Shown piece after piece: positions 26,397 through 37,774 of a stretch of 64,000 bases of DNA. Below the pieces are notes generated by a model that was given only the letters and a program-made list of their open reading frames with translations, had not been told where the DNA came from and searched no databases. Source of the DNA: Octopus sinensis (taxonomy: Eukaryota). The stretch is from the NCBI RefSeq assembly GCF_006345805.1, contig NC_043008.1, positions 40,052,001-40,116,000 of the forward strand, written 5' to 3'. The translations under genes and the position numbers were made by a program. Each line of letters starts with the position of its first letter. Position 1 is the stretch's first letter.

Positions 26397-26484
26397 CACG
26401 TCCTGTTTTCATATATTCATGTATATATATATATATATACACGTCCTCTACCCATATATTCATGTATATATATACATATTATTT

Positions 26485-26522
<38 letters not shown>

Positions 26523-27094
26523 ATATATGTGTATGTATGTATGTGTATATATATGTATGTATGTATAGAGTGTTAGAAGTAGGGAACAGATATTGAATAT
26601 TGAGAAAGAGGAGGTCGCTAGAATTTGGGAAAAAGTTTTTTATTAATTTAGTCATTATTATTAGCAGTTTCGTCCTGCTTCGAACTTGTCAAATAAATTT
26701 GTGAATGTTCCAACGGTTTGTTCATTTATATAAATCAGGTGTTTTTTGTGTTGTTTAGATGAGAACATTGTTCTTTGTTTTTTGTTTGATGTTTGGTAGT
26801 CAGTTTCTAGGACAATAGAGATAGATAGATATGCTTCTTCATTGGCCACGCAGAGCTTAACACGGAAGGGACCGAATACAAAGAAGAGCTTTTCTTTTTG
26901 GAAAGGTAAGAAAGAAAAAAGAAAAAAATAGAAAAAAAGAAGGAAAGAAGGAAATGAAAAGTGGGTCGAATTCCGACCAAAATGGATCGTGAAAAAAACA
27001 AAAAAAACAAAGATGGGGGCCCTACCAGTAGGGATCGTGTATCTCAGAAATGTCAATGTAAAAATATTAGGTTTATCTGTGGAAAGAAAAGTCT

Positions 27095-27126
27095 AGATAG
27101 ATAGAGAGATATATAGATAGATAGAT

Positions 27127-27158
<32 letters not shown>

Positions 27159-27191
27159 CATAAGTAGATGCATAGACAGAGAGATAGATAA

Positions 27192-27230
<39 letters not shown>

Positions 27231-27241
27231 CATACATACAT

Positions 27242-27278
<37 letters not shown>
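27095..27278. repeat. (GATA)n/(GA)n microsatellite
   Basis: Direct inspection. Confidence 0.95.
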
Positions 27279-27282
27279 AGAA

Positions 27283-27500
27283 CAGGGAGGGATTTCTTTT
27301 CAATTTGGAATGTTTTTTACCATTTATTTATTTAGTTAGTTTTTTACCATTGTATAGCTACTGGCATGAGACATGAGTTCAGGGAGGCTGGCCTATTTTA
27401 GGATGGGGAAAATAATGAACATAGGATGGGTTGCGGTCGTCACTACAAGCACTTTTCTTAAGGTGCCAAGAAGGAAGATAAGAACTTCTATGAAAAACTA
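27283..27500 (+). repeat. ~220-bp interspersed repeat, copy 1 (inverted partner at 29411-29645)
   Basis: ggatttcttttca.tttggaat..taccattgtatag.tactggcatgag..ttcttaaggtgccaa.aaggaagataa matches the reverse complement of 29411-29645. Confidence 0.8.
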
Positions 27501-27539
27501 AATATATGTTTATATATATATGTATATATATATATATAC

Positions 27540-27572
<33 letters not shown>

Positions 27573-27740
27573 CGTATGTGTGCCTGTAAGTTCATATGTT
27601 TGGTAATATATGTCCACACTGTGTAATTTCGAAGTTTTGCATTAAAAAAATAAGTTTCTTTTAATCTCATGTTCTTGCATGAACAAACATCAGTATAATA
27701 TTTACAAAATAGAAACATACGTAAAGGTAGAATATGCGAA

Positions 27741-27784
<44 letters not shown>

Positions 27785-27823
27785 CGTTTTTCATCTAGTA
27801 CAGCATATTATGCTCATAACAAA

Positions 27824-27883
27824 CTACGCTGATGAAGCTACAGATATCCTTGTGATATTAATAGCTGAAACTGCAGTACGTAG
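27824..27883 (+). ncRNA. Type-I hammerhead ribozyme, copy 1 (predicted cleavage after GUA, position 27878)
   Basis: Stem I ctacg/cgtag; CTGATGA at 27829-27835; stem II agcta/tagct extended by atatc/gatat; GAAA at 27867-27870; stem III AC-tgca-GT (palindrome actgcagt); cleavage triplet GUA. Confidence 0.9.
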
Positions 27884-28329
27884 GTAATTATTCCATTTAG
27901 TATATTTCTTTTGTCTCATCCATTGCTTTAGGTCGTGCTGAATTTTATTTTTATTTGAGAACATAATCCTTGTGGAGAATGGCGATTTGACGTCTATATC
28001 TAGCATGTTGACAGTCCACCTTTTCGTGTTCAGTCCTTAATTGGTATATATAAATATTTTAATCTTCGGATTCTTTTTAATGTGCTAGACCACTGGTTTT
28101 AATTGACTAATATCAATTTCTACCCTTAATTTTTAAATATAAAATATATGTTCTCAAACCGATAAATTGACTGCTGCTAATTATTGGCTGCAGGCTAGTT
28201 TTTCGATTATCAGCGCGCCAAAAGTAGAGGCATTCGAAAGATACATCCGAACGTAATAGGTTGTACTTTTTGCATGCGGGACTCCGGTACCGTTTTTCAT
28301 CTAGTACAGCATATTATGCTCATAACAAA

Positions 28330-28389
28330 CTACGCTGATGAAGCTACAGATATCCTTGTGATATTAATAGCTGAAACTGCAGTACGTAG
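28330..28389 (+). ncRNA. Type-I hammerhead ribozyme, copy 2 (predicted cleavage after position 28384)
   Basis: Identical to 27824-27883, 506 nt downstream. Confidence 0.9.
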
Positions 28390-28680
28390 GTAATTATTCC
28401 ATTTAGTATATTTCTTTTGTCTCATCCATTGCTTTAGGTCGTGCTGAATTTTATTTTTATTTGAGAACATAATCCTTGTGGAGAATGGCGATTTGACGTC
28501 TATATCTAGCATGTTGACTGTCCACCTTTTCGTGTTCAGTCCTTAATTGGTATATATATATATATGTATATATATATATACCGGAGTAAACACATAAATG
28601 TTAAAAAAGGTGGAAAAAAAGAGTACTCAAATACCAGTGGTAGAGTACTATGCTTTATTTAAAGCAGCAGAACATTCTAC

Positions 28681-28727
28681 AAAACCTGTTACTCTGAGTT
28701 TCATGTTGCCGTTCATCGGACAGTTTT
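28681..28727 (-). ncRNA. Near-canonical minimal type-I hammerhead (C3-C4 core variant) in a second TA-anchored element (~28580-28735)
   Basis: Minus strand aaaactgt CCGATGA acg-gcaa-cat GAAA ctcagag TA acaggtttt: stem I ctgt/acag, short stem II with one mismatch, quasi-palindromic stem III. Confidence 0.6.
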
Positions 28728-28735
28728 TGCTAATA

Positions 28736-29005
28736 TGGAGGCGCGATGGCCCAGTGGTGAGGGCAGTGGATTCGCGGTCAAAGGTTCGCGGTTTCAATTC
28801 CCAGACTGGGCGTTGTGTGTGTTTATTGAGAGAAAACACTTAAAAGCTCCACGAGGCTTCGGCAGGGGGCGGTGGCGATGCCTGTTGTACTCTTTCGCCA
28901 CAAATTTCTCTTCCTGTTTGTTGAGTAACGCTGCGATTGACAGGCATCCCGTCCAGCTGGTGGGAACACATACGCCACAGAAACCGGGAAAGTGGCCCAT
29001 GAGCA
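28736..29005 (+). mobile_element. tRNA-derived SINE, family B
   Basis: Head tggaggcgcgatggcccagtggtgagggc..ggtttcaattccc (A and B boxes); body shared with 54616 and 59839. Confidence 0.85.
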
Positions 29006-29045
29006 TGTATATTCTTCAAAAGGGCGACGTTATATATATGCATAG

Positions 29046-29275
29046 TTAATCCCAAATTGAAAACACAGAGAGAAAACACAACAACGCGAGGACGTGGAAC
29101 AAGTATAGTGGTATTGGACGGTCAGGAAAGGAATGAAAGAAGGAGGATTTAACGCTTCGAGCGGATTTCTTCGTCAGAAACATAGAAAAAGGAAAGATCC
29201 AAGGAAGGGAAGACGGCGGAAAACATCGCCACGAGATGACAAGAATATTTCCAAGCACGTGAACTCAAAGACACA
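29046..29275 (-). mobile_element. TA-anchored short element with a decayed hammerhead (29148-29181), related to the 17.3-17.7 kb arms
   Basis: Minus strand ttt CTGACGA agaaatccgctc GAAG cgTT aaa; GAAA mutated. Confidence 0.5.
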
Positions 29276-29289
29276 CATACACACATATG

Positions 29290-29336
<47 letters not shown>

Positions 29337-29360
29337 ATGTATATATACATACATACATAT

Positions 29361-29408
<48 letters not shown>

Positions 29409-29410
29409 AT

Positions 29411-29645
29411 AATTTTTGATAGAACTTCTGTTATCTTCCTTGTTGGCACCTTAAGAAGAACTTTGCTTTTGGAATGTCCGGTCCCCTTAAGTTTTTCATT
29501 ATATTCCCCATCCCAAGAAAGGTCGCGATCCTTTAAACTCATACCTCATGCCAGTAACTATACAATGGTAAATAAAATAGTAAAACTAACTAAAAAATTA
29601 AATGGTAAAAATAATTCCAAACTGAAAAGAAATCCTTCCCCGCTC
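29411..29645 (-). repeat. ~230-bp interspersed repeat, copy 2 (inverted relative to 27283-27500)
   Basis: Reverse-complement similarity along the whole length. Confidence 0.8.
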
Positions 29646-29687
29646 CTATCTACCGATCTATCTGGCTGTCTGCCTATCTATCAAAAC

Positions 29688-29746
<59 letters not shown>

Positions 29747-30100
29747 CATGCATAGCTAAGGAAAATAAGAGAAGGTACAAAATGCTAAAATACTTTTATC
29801 ATGAAGTACATTTTAGTACCGGTTTCTGCCTTTTAAACTTATTCAACTTAGAGTAAAATAAGAGAAAAATAAATAAAGTGGAGAAAAAATTTAGTGAAAT
29901 GGTTTATAGATATTTTCATTGTCTTTAAATAGTTAAATATCTTGATAGTCTGTCTCCGTCTCTATTCCTTTGTGAATACATCGTAGGTTGGTAGTAGTAA
30001 GTCTGCAGAAATAGTTTGGGTACAGAGAATTGATAGTTTAAGCAGGAGCAGCCGAGGGAAGAGAGGAACCGAAAGACGAAGAAGAAGACATATATAGATA

Positions 30101-30736
30101 TCTATATATATAAAACTCAACTTGTGTGTCTCTGCATGTTTAACTTCCCGGCACATCTCCTCCTAGCCAACAAATCGTAGAACCACCAAAAATAGGTCAC
30201 TTAAAGTTTTGGCGAATGAAAATTGAACTGTGCTATTTCTGTTCTGAAATTCATCTCGCAAGTGCAAAAATCGTTTAGGCCTTTTAGATTATAGATTAAA
30301 GTTTGAGCATTGAAGGAGGTAACTCTAGAAAAACTATCAATGTTAGGGAGTAGCCTCCCTTGGAAGAAATAATGGCTGAGTGATAGAATGACATAAGATA
30401 GCGAGGGGAATGAGAGTGGTGTGAGGGAATAGGGGAAAGTAAGATATAAAAATGTTTAGTGAAAAGGAAACAGGCAACGAGAAACCATGGAGAATATGAG
30501 AAATACTGATCTAAAAGAATAATTCAACAATGCAATTATTTGATCAACAAACATTTATGAAACGTTTCTACGTACTTCCTATTGGGGAAATTGAACACAT
30601 AAGCGCAAAAATAGAGGGCATTAAATGCTTGATTTTTAAACCAAAATAATTGAATTTTGATTGAACTTCATCCAAGTTTAGCTTAATTTGCGCGTGCATA
30701 GAACGTACGAGCGCACGAGCCGGGCAATACTGCTAG
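30101..30736 (+). mobile_element. Non-autonomous Helitron
   Basis: 5' A|TCTATATATATAAAA..., 3' GC-rich imperfect hairpin cgagcgcacgagccgggc then CTAG|T; inserted between A and T. Confidence 0.6.
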
Positions 30737-33129
30737 TGTATATATATATTAATACATGTCACTTTTGCTTAAGATAAGATTTATAACAACTCAAAACCCA
30801 CAAAATCACTCTCTTAAAGACTGACAAAAGGAAGTATGTCTCCAGTGTACATAGCTGGATCGCGATATATATTTATATTCACTTCTTTATTCGTGTAAAA
30901 TTTTTCGACACTTCAATGGAGTGCTTTACAGCATAAAACGTGCAAATGTGCGCGAATTTAAGTTATTGAGAGCAAATCGCTTCCATAGCACAAAGCAATG
31001 TCGGTACTTGACTCAAAAATCTTAAAATCCAAATTGGCTGTCAACTGCAGAATAACGCCGGCCTTATAGTATGCATATTTTATGAACACAATATATCATT
31101 ATTAGGTATATTTTATATGATGCATACAGTTTATAATTCCCTTATATTCCTGCGTTGTTTGTTTAGAATTTGTAATTTCCCGAATTTATTTCCCTTCTCT
31201 TTCCTCCAAACTTTTAAGATACTACTTCAATACACTTCCATATGCTTTCGGTGTCTTCGGGACATTTTCACTTCCTTTGATACTTAACTTTTATATGGAT
31301 AACCATGGATCATATATGTTTCTTGGCGAAAATATGAACAAGCATGTTCGGCATGTTAAATCATAAACAATTAAAGAATATTTGTGGCTTTTTGTCAACG
31401 TTTCCTGTGATCGTTTAATAGAACCGAGTTATTAGCAAACATAGTTATTCCCCTAGGCAGATACTTAGACCATTTGCGACAACAAATTACATATTTCACT
31501 GAAATTAACTTACTGTTCTAAAATTGGTCTAACGTGAAATTTCAAATAATTCCAAATGCATTTGAAAAATAATTTAATAAGATTAGAGAAACTGAGGCAC
31601 AATCCAATTTTCTAGAAATAACTCACTTCTCAAAAAATTTACAGGGCTTGTCGCTGGGTGCATTAGTGAATTATATCTTTGAACAAAATTGCCTTTAATA
31701 GCTTTTTAAAAGTCCGGTGTTGCTATAGTACTACAAGCTGTTTAAACTTATAGCTTGTTTGTTTTTAAGTATTACTCTGATTATATTAATCGACATTTGT
31801 AAGTTAGCGAATTTAAACGCAGGGGCTGTGTTAAAGTTTACTTGATATTTCGTTACCTTCTCCTATTTTTGGAATATTACTGATATCTTGTGTTCTTTAT
31901 TTAGAAAAAATGAGCTAAATCTCCAGATGAAATTTCAACGGTAGGTGATCATTTTTAAACAAAGGTCGCCCAGTCTCTAAGTTATAAAGTAGTCAGATAG
32001 ATGGATTAATACATTAGAATAAAAAAATTCGTTCCGTGTATCTGCCAAAATTAGTATGGAAATATGTCTTGTGTATATGCCAAAATACGGATTTCCAATG
32101 ACATTCTCGACATTCTAATCACATAATATATGCTTGCCTCTAAAATAAAATTGCATTGTTAGGTACATATTTGCATATATATGCTGCATGCGTATGACGT
32201 TCGCTTCGGGTCGGGCAAAGACCGCGTGGTTTCGAAGCATCTTAGCTGATTCAATTGGACGAAAAGGAGCTCCCCTTTCCATCCAAACTGGAGGTTCTCT
32301 CAACTCAGCAACAGAATCGAGATGATAGGGAAGCAATCTCAATCAAATATTTATTCTGCTTAGATATTAATATCAGCTTAGGCACAGCATAGGGTATAAT
32401 ATTTTGCGATACCATAGCACGTTGCTCTTTCAATTCAAAGGCAAACGGTGTCAATGACATCCTTTAATCTTCGATAATTAAACAGTTCTCTCTACCTATT
32501 ATGTGGCCTTCTTTGTGTGTTCTAAATCGTTATTAATTTCTTCAATAAACACGCTTTGTCAGATTCATTGCAGATGACAAATGATATTCTTGTCACATTG
32601 AAGCTATTGTGAGTCATTTAGTGATATAACAATGGCTATAAACAAGACACGTTATAACCCTCCGATAATCTACACTCTAACGCAATTTACAGATAAAAAT
32701 ATTTAATGTCTGGTTGAAAGATATCTGAAGAGCTCATTATACGGTAGAACTAGAAGTTATTAATGAACACTCTTTGCTTTCAAGCTTGTTATGAAATAAT
32801 TGTTATCTTGGAAATTTATCAACATGGGTCTTTCTCATAAATCTCTTTGATTTCGGAGTAATATAACACAAATTAACTGAGTTCATCGAGCTACTGAATG
32901 AAGGGATCAAGTTGGATTCCGTACTATATATATTTATATATATTGAGGTTATGAGAGGTAATGATGTCAAGAAGACCCAAAGGTGTCAGGTAATGATGAA
33001 TAAGGGCTATGGACAGACTATAGTTAAGCTCTATGTTCGGTGATTATGCAAATAAGGAGTCTATCGTAGGTCATATATTAGCATGCGTATCTCATTCTGT
33101 TAATTTACACAGACACACACAGACACACA

Positions 33130-33175
<46 letters not shown>

Positions 33176-33184
33176 ATATATATA

Positions 33185-33231
<47 letters not shown>

Positions 33232-33330
33232 AAATATAGGATAAAATCTTTATGAGAATTTATCAAGTAGTTAGCGTGAAAAAACTCATTAAAAAATCCA
33301 AGAATTTTTCTCTTAAATATATTTATTTAT

Positions 33331-33485
33331 ATTATATAGAGAGCTTTACTATACATAAATGCCACACGCTAGGAGGGACTCTTAAAAGTCAAAACTAGCA
33401 AAATAAATATTTATTTTGGTAGTTTTGAATTTAAGACTCTCTCCTAGCGTGTGGCATTTATGTACAGCCATACCCTCTATAATAT
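33331..33485. repeat. ~155-bp loop-less foldback palindrome in TA-rich context
   Basis: tacataaatgccacacgctagg...caaaactagcaaaataaat|atttattttggtagttttg...cctagcgtgtggcatttatgta. Confidence 0.9.
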
Positions 33486-34593
33486 ATATATATATATATA
33501 TGTAGCTTCATCGGAGATTCAAACATAAAGAGAGAGAGATAGAGAGAGAAAGAGAGAGGGAAAATGTATGTGTGAGTGAAAGAGAGAGAAAGTCAAAGAG
33601 AGAATTAATGTGCTATAATATTGGTACCCTTTATTCATATGGAATAGCGTGGCAAAAATGGGGATTCGAAACTAAATGTTCCATTAAATTTAACATATCA
33701 ATGTAACATTTTAATTCTTAAATGTTGCGATCTCAATATTTCATAGCTGCTTCTAGAATTTACAAATAAAATAAATTCATAAATTATCATAGGAAAAATG
33801 TAGGCATTCGTTCAACACTTATGACAGTATCACAATTATACATTGAGATAATTGCTAGAGTTTAAACAAAGTTAAACCAACATTCAACGAATTTCGCAAG
33901 AGTATAAAACTATTTAGTGGCTTTATTTTGAGTTTTCACCGCGATGTCTTAACACACACGTATGTTGAACCGTTATTTGTTGGGTTACTGAACAGTTGCA
34001 ATATGGAATATTAAAATTTGAAAAACAATGGAAGTTAAAAATCTCGAACAGACTTTGAATTTTAATTTTCCTTTTTCTTCAACGATGAATTAAATTACCA
34101 TACTATAGAATGCAGATTTAATTATTAGCATTCTAAGAAAATCGTGGTTAAAGATGAGAATAAAGAATTAATTAGAGAAATCTTTGAATTTATTATAGTG
34201 GAAGTAATTTTGGAAGATTTCCAAAGTTTTCATATTTTTAAAGAACTTTCACAAGCGAAATTATTACTTTCGGCACTTTCTGTCATATTTGGTATATTTC
34301 CTGATAATATTTTCTTCTATGTATGAATATTCATCGCAAATGTATACATTACTCCAACACTTGTTATTTTGTGATGTTCTGGCAAGATTTGCTTCAGGGA
34401 TATTGGCTACATTTGGAAATATACAAAAATGAATTCCGTTTACAAATATTCGTGCACCTGCGTTATTCTGTAATGACATGATTATGAAGAATTAACTCAT
34501 CTCTACATAATATTACACGTCAACATGCTATAAACATTTCTATATTTTTAATATGTCGTGATAAATATCACATTTATACTATTACATGCCTGC

Positions 34594-34670
<77 letters not shown>

Positions 34671-34738
34671 CATACTCTTTACTCTCTTTATATGTATATA
34701 TATATATACAGATTTATATATATATATATGTTTATATA

Positions 34739-34770
<32 letters not shown>

Positions 34771-35164
34771 GTTCCCGTAATTCTCTCTTGCTCTCGATAT
34801 ATACATATATACTTGTGTGTGTATGTGTGTGTGCGTGTATGAGTGTGTATGCCTGTGCGGGTGTTTACTCTCTGATGTATGAAAATACATACTCACACGC
34901 ACACTCATACGTATACATATAGAAACACACGTATCGTAGAATACAACCCGCAAGAAATATAAGAGTTTGTGTTATATTGAATTGTCAAATTGTGTCCGTT
35001 TATTTACGCATTTATCTAGGGTAATTCGACGGACACGCTTGTTTTTATTAATGTACATAGTTTATAAGTGAGGTCGCTTTGTGCAAGTCGAAATTCGTAA
35101 ATTATGACTAGCCTGCTCTTCTGACTATTCTTCATATATGCAACATGCATACTGACACACGCGC

Positions 35165-35569
35165 GCACACACACACACCACACACACACACACATATACA
35201 TGTCTGGATTTATGTATGTATGTATGTATGTATGTATGTATGTATGCATGTATATCTATATCTATATATTTATCTATCTATCTGTCTATCAATCTATCTA
35301 TCTATATCTATCTAACTATCTATCTAACCATATATATATATATATATAGAAACGTAGGGTAGATGAAACCATGGCGACTGAAGAAGGGGTTTTTTCTTTG
35401 TGTTAATTGCTTAAAAAAATGTCCAGTTCCTTGGGTTTGTGTCTAAGTTTTCGTTTCTCATTGTGTTCGACGTTTTTTTGGTGTCCTGTACTCATATATG
35501 CGTGTATATATACATGTAGAGGTAGGTACGTACATATATGTATATATATATATGCATATGTTTTATTTA

Positions 35570-35638
<69 letters not shown>

Positions 35639-36770
35639 GTGGTGGGGGAGTGATGGTCAATTTTCTTCTTGCAAAATAAACACATGCACTGTATGTTCGT
35701 TGTTGACTTGTTTATTATTGTTTTTTAATATCCATTGTCTGGAATTCTCCATTACACACACGTGATCTTAGCAGTGACGTTCCATCCCACATCTCTTCTG
35801 TTTTGTTTAGTCCATTCTGTTGACTAAACACGATTGTAGCATACGATTTCACATCAGATATCATGCGAAACAAATACCAGATACAATTGTTTCTGGAGTA
35901 AACCTGTTTCAACGCCAGTTCACACAAGCTGAAAATCGGATCTAGTCCTTTTCATTCACAAAATGATCCCCCTTTAATTTTGCCGAGATTGCTTTCAATT
36001 TTGGTGAATCGATGCAACTCTGAATTTTGATTACGATCAAGCAATTACTTTATGATGTTATTTGGAATTGAATGTGAGAAATTTGGGTAATTTTCGCCAA
36101 TCAACAGACAGCGTGGCATTAGCAGCTTGTTACCATGACAACCACTGTTGTCTGTGCCGCACCTTGTACTATGTTGACTCTTCACATCACGTGATTCTTT
36201 TCACCCGCGTGTTTCGTTTTAATTTCCCTGTGTGTTTGTATATTACGTATTTTCTGTGCTTTTGTGACAGATTCTTTGCTGACCAGTGTTATTCTTTTCT
36301 TAGTTTACAAATCCAAGCTTGAAAACGTCACTCAACTTTGGAGTTTTGGAGACAGGCACCCATTTCACACACACACACACCACACACACACACACATATA
36401 CATGTCTGGATTTATGTATGTATGTATGTATGTATGTATGTATGTATGCATGTATATCTATATCTATATATTTATCTATCTATCTGTCTATCAATCTATC
36501 TATCTATATCTATCTAACTATCTATCTAACCATATATATATATATATATAGAAACGTAGGGTAGATGAAACCATGGCGACTGAAGAAGGGGTTTTTTCTT
36601 TGTGTTAATTGCTTAAAAAAATGTCCAGTTCCTTGGGTTGTGTCTAAGTTTTCGTTTCTCATTGTGTTCGACGTTTTTTTGGTGTCCTGTACTCATATAT
36701 GCGTGTATATATACATGTAGAGGTAGGTACGTACATATATGTATATATATATATGCATATGTTTTATTTA

Positions 36771-36839
<69 letters not shown>

Positions 36840-37580
36840 GTGGTGGGGGAGTGATGGTCAATTTTCTTCTTGCAAAATAAACACATGCACTGTATGTTCG
36901 TTGTTGACTTGTTTATTATTGTTTTTTAATATCCATTGTCTGGAATTCTCCATTACACACACGTGATCTTAGCAGTGACGTTCCATCCCACATCTCTTCT
37001 GTTTTGTTTAGTCCATTCTGTTGACTAAACACGATTGTAGCATACGATTTCACATCAGATATCATGCGAAACAAATACCAGATACAATTGTTTCTGGAGT
37101 AAACCTGTTTCAACGCCAGTTCACACAAGCTGAAAATCGGATCTAGTCCTTTTCATTCACAAAATGATCCCCCTTTAATTTTGCCGAGATTGCTTTCAAT
37201 TTTGGTGAATCGATGCAACTCTGAATTTTGATTACGATCAAGCAATTACTTTATGATGTTATTTGGAATTGAATGTGAGAAATTTGGGTAATTTTCGCCA
37301 ATCAACAGACAGCGTGGCATTAGCAGCTTGTTACCATGACAACCACTGTTGTCTGTGCCGCACCTTGTACTATGTTGACTCTTCACATCACGTGATTCTT
37401 TTCACCCGCGTGTTTCGTTTTAATTTCCCTGTGTGTTTGTATATTACGTATTTTCTGTGCTTTTGTGACAGATTCTTTGCTGACCAGTGTTATTCTTTTC
37501 TTAGTTTACAAATCCAAGCTTGAAAACGTCACTCAACTTTGGAGTTTTGGAGACAGGCACCCATTTCACACACACACACA
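35165..37580 (+). repeat. Near-perfect tandem duplication, period 1201-1202 bp
   Basis: Identical ORFs at 35715/36916 and 36062/37263; one 1-bp indel (gggtttgtgtc vs gggttgtgtc); junctions lie in (CA)n. Confidence 0.95.
36129..36142. promoter_or_regulatory. RFX X-box-like motif GTTACCATGACAAC (duplicate at 37330-37343), CCAAT ~30 bp upstream
   Basis: Matches GTHNYYATRRNAAC; no linked gene seen. Confidence 0.3.
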
Positions 37581-37774
37581 CATGAATGCACAAATGTACA
37601 TATAAACACATATATGAATACATACATCCACATGCACTTATATATTAATGATGTATACAGATACATAACTGGTGTACATAATACTGAAATATGCATAAAG
37701 TAAACACAGGCAGACAAATAACTTAATATAACATTTAAAAAAAAATAAAAACATACAGAGGCAATGTACGAACA

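Larger units (their letters stand above)
27781..28558 (+). mobile_element. Retrozyme-like non-coding element: ~270-bp direct repeats (27781-28052, 28287-28558) with a 506-bp period, each carrying a hammerhead, flanked by (TA)n
   Basis: Repeats identical except one visible substitution (gttgacAgtcc vs gttgacTgtcc); no credible ORF. Confidence 0.8.

Noticed and set aside
27824-28006. Duplicated 60-aa minus-strand ORF (also 28330-28512)
   Set aside because: Antisense to the hammerhead repeat, no recognisable motif; duplicated only because the repeat is
35715-35927. 70-aa ORF in the tandem duplication as a host exon or piggyBac remnant
   Set aside because: No recognisable domain or supported splice structure
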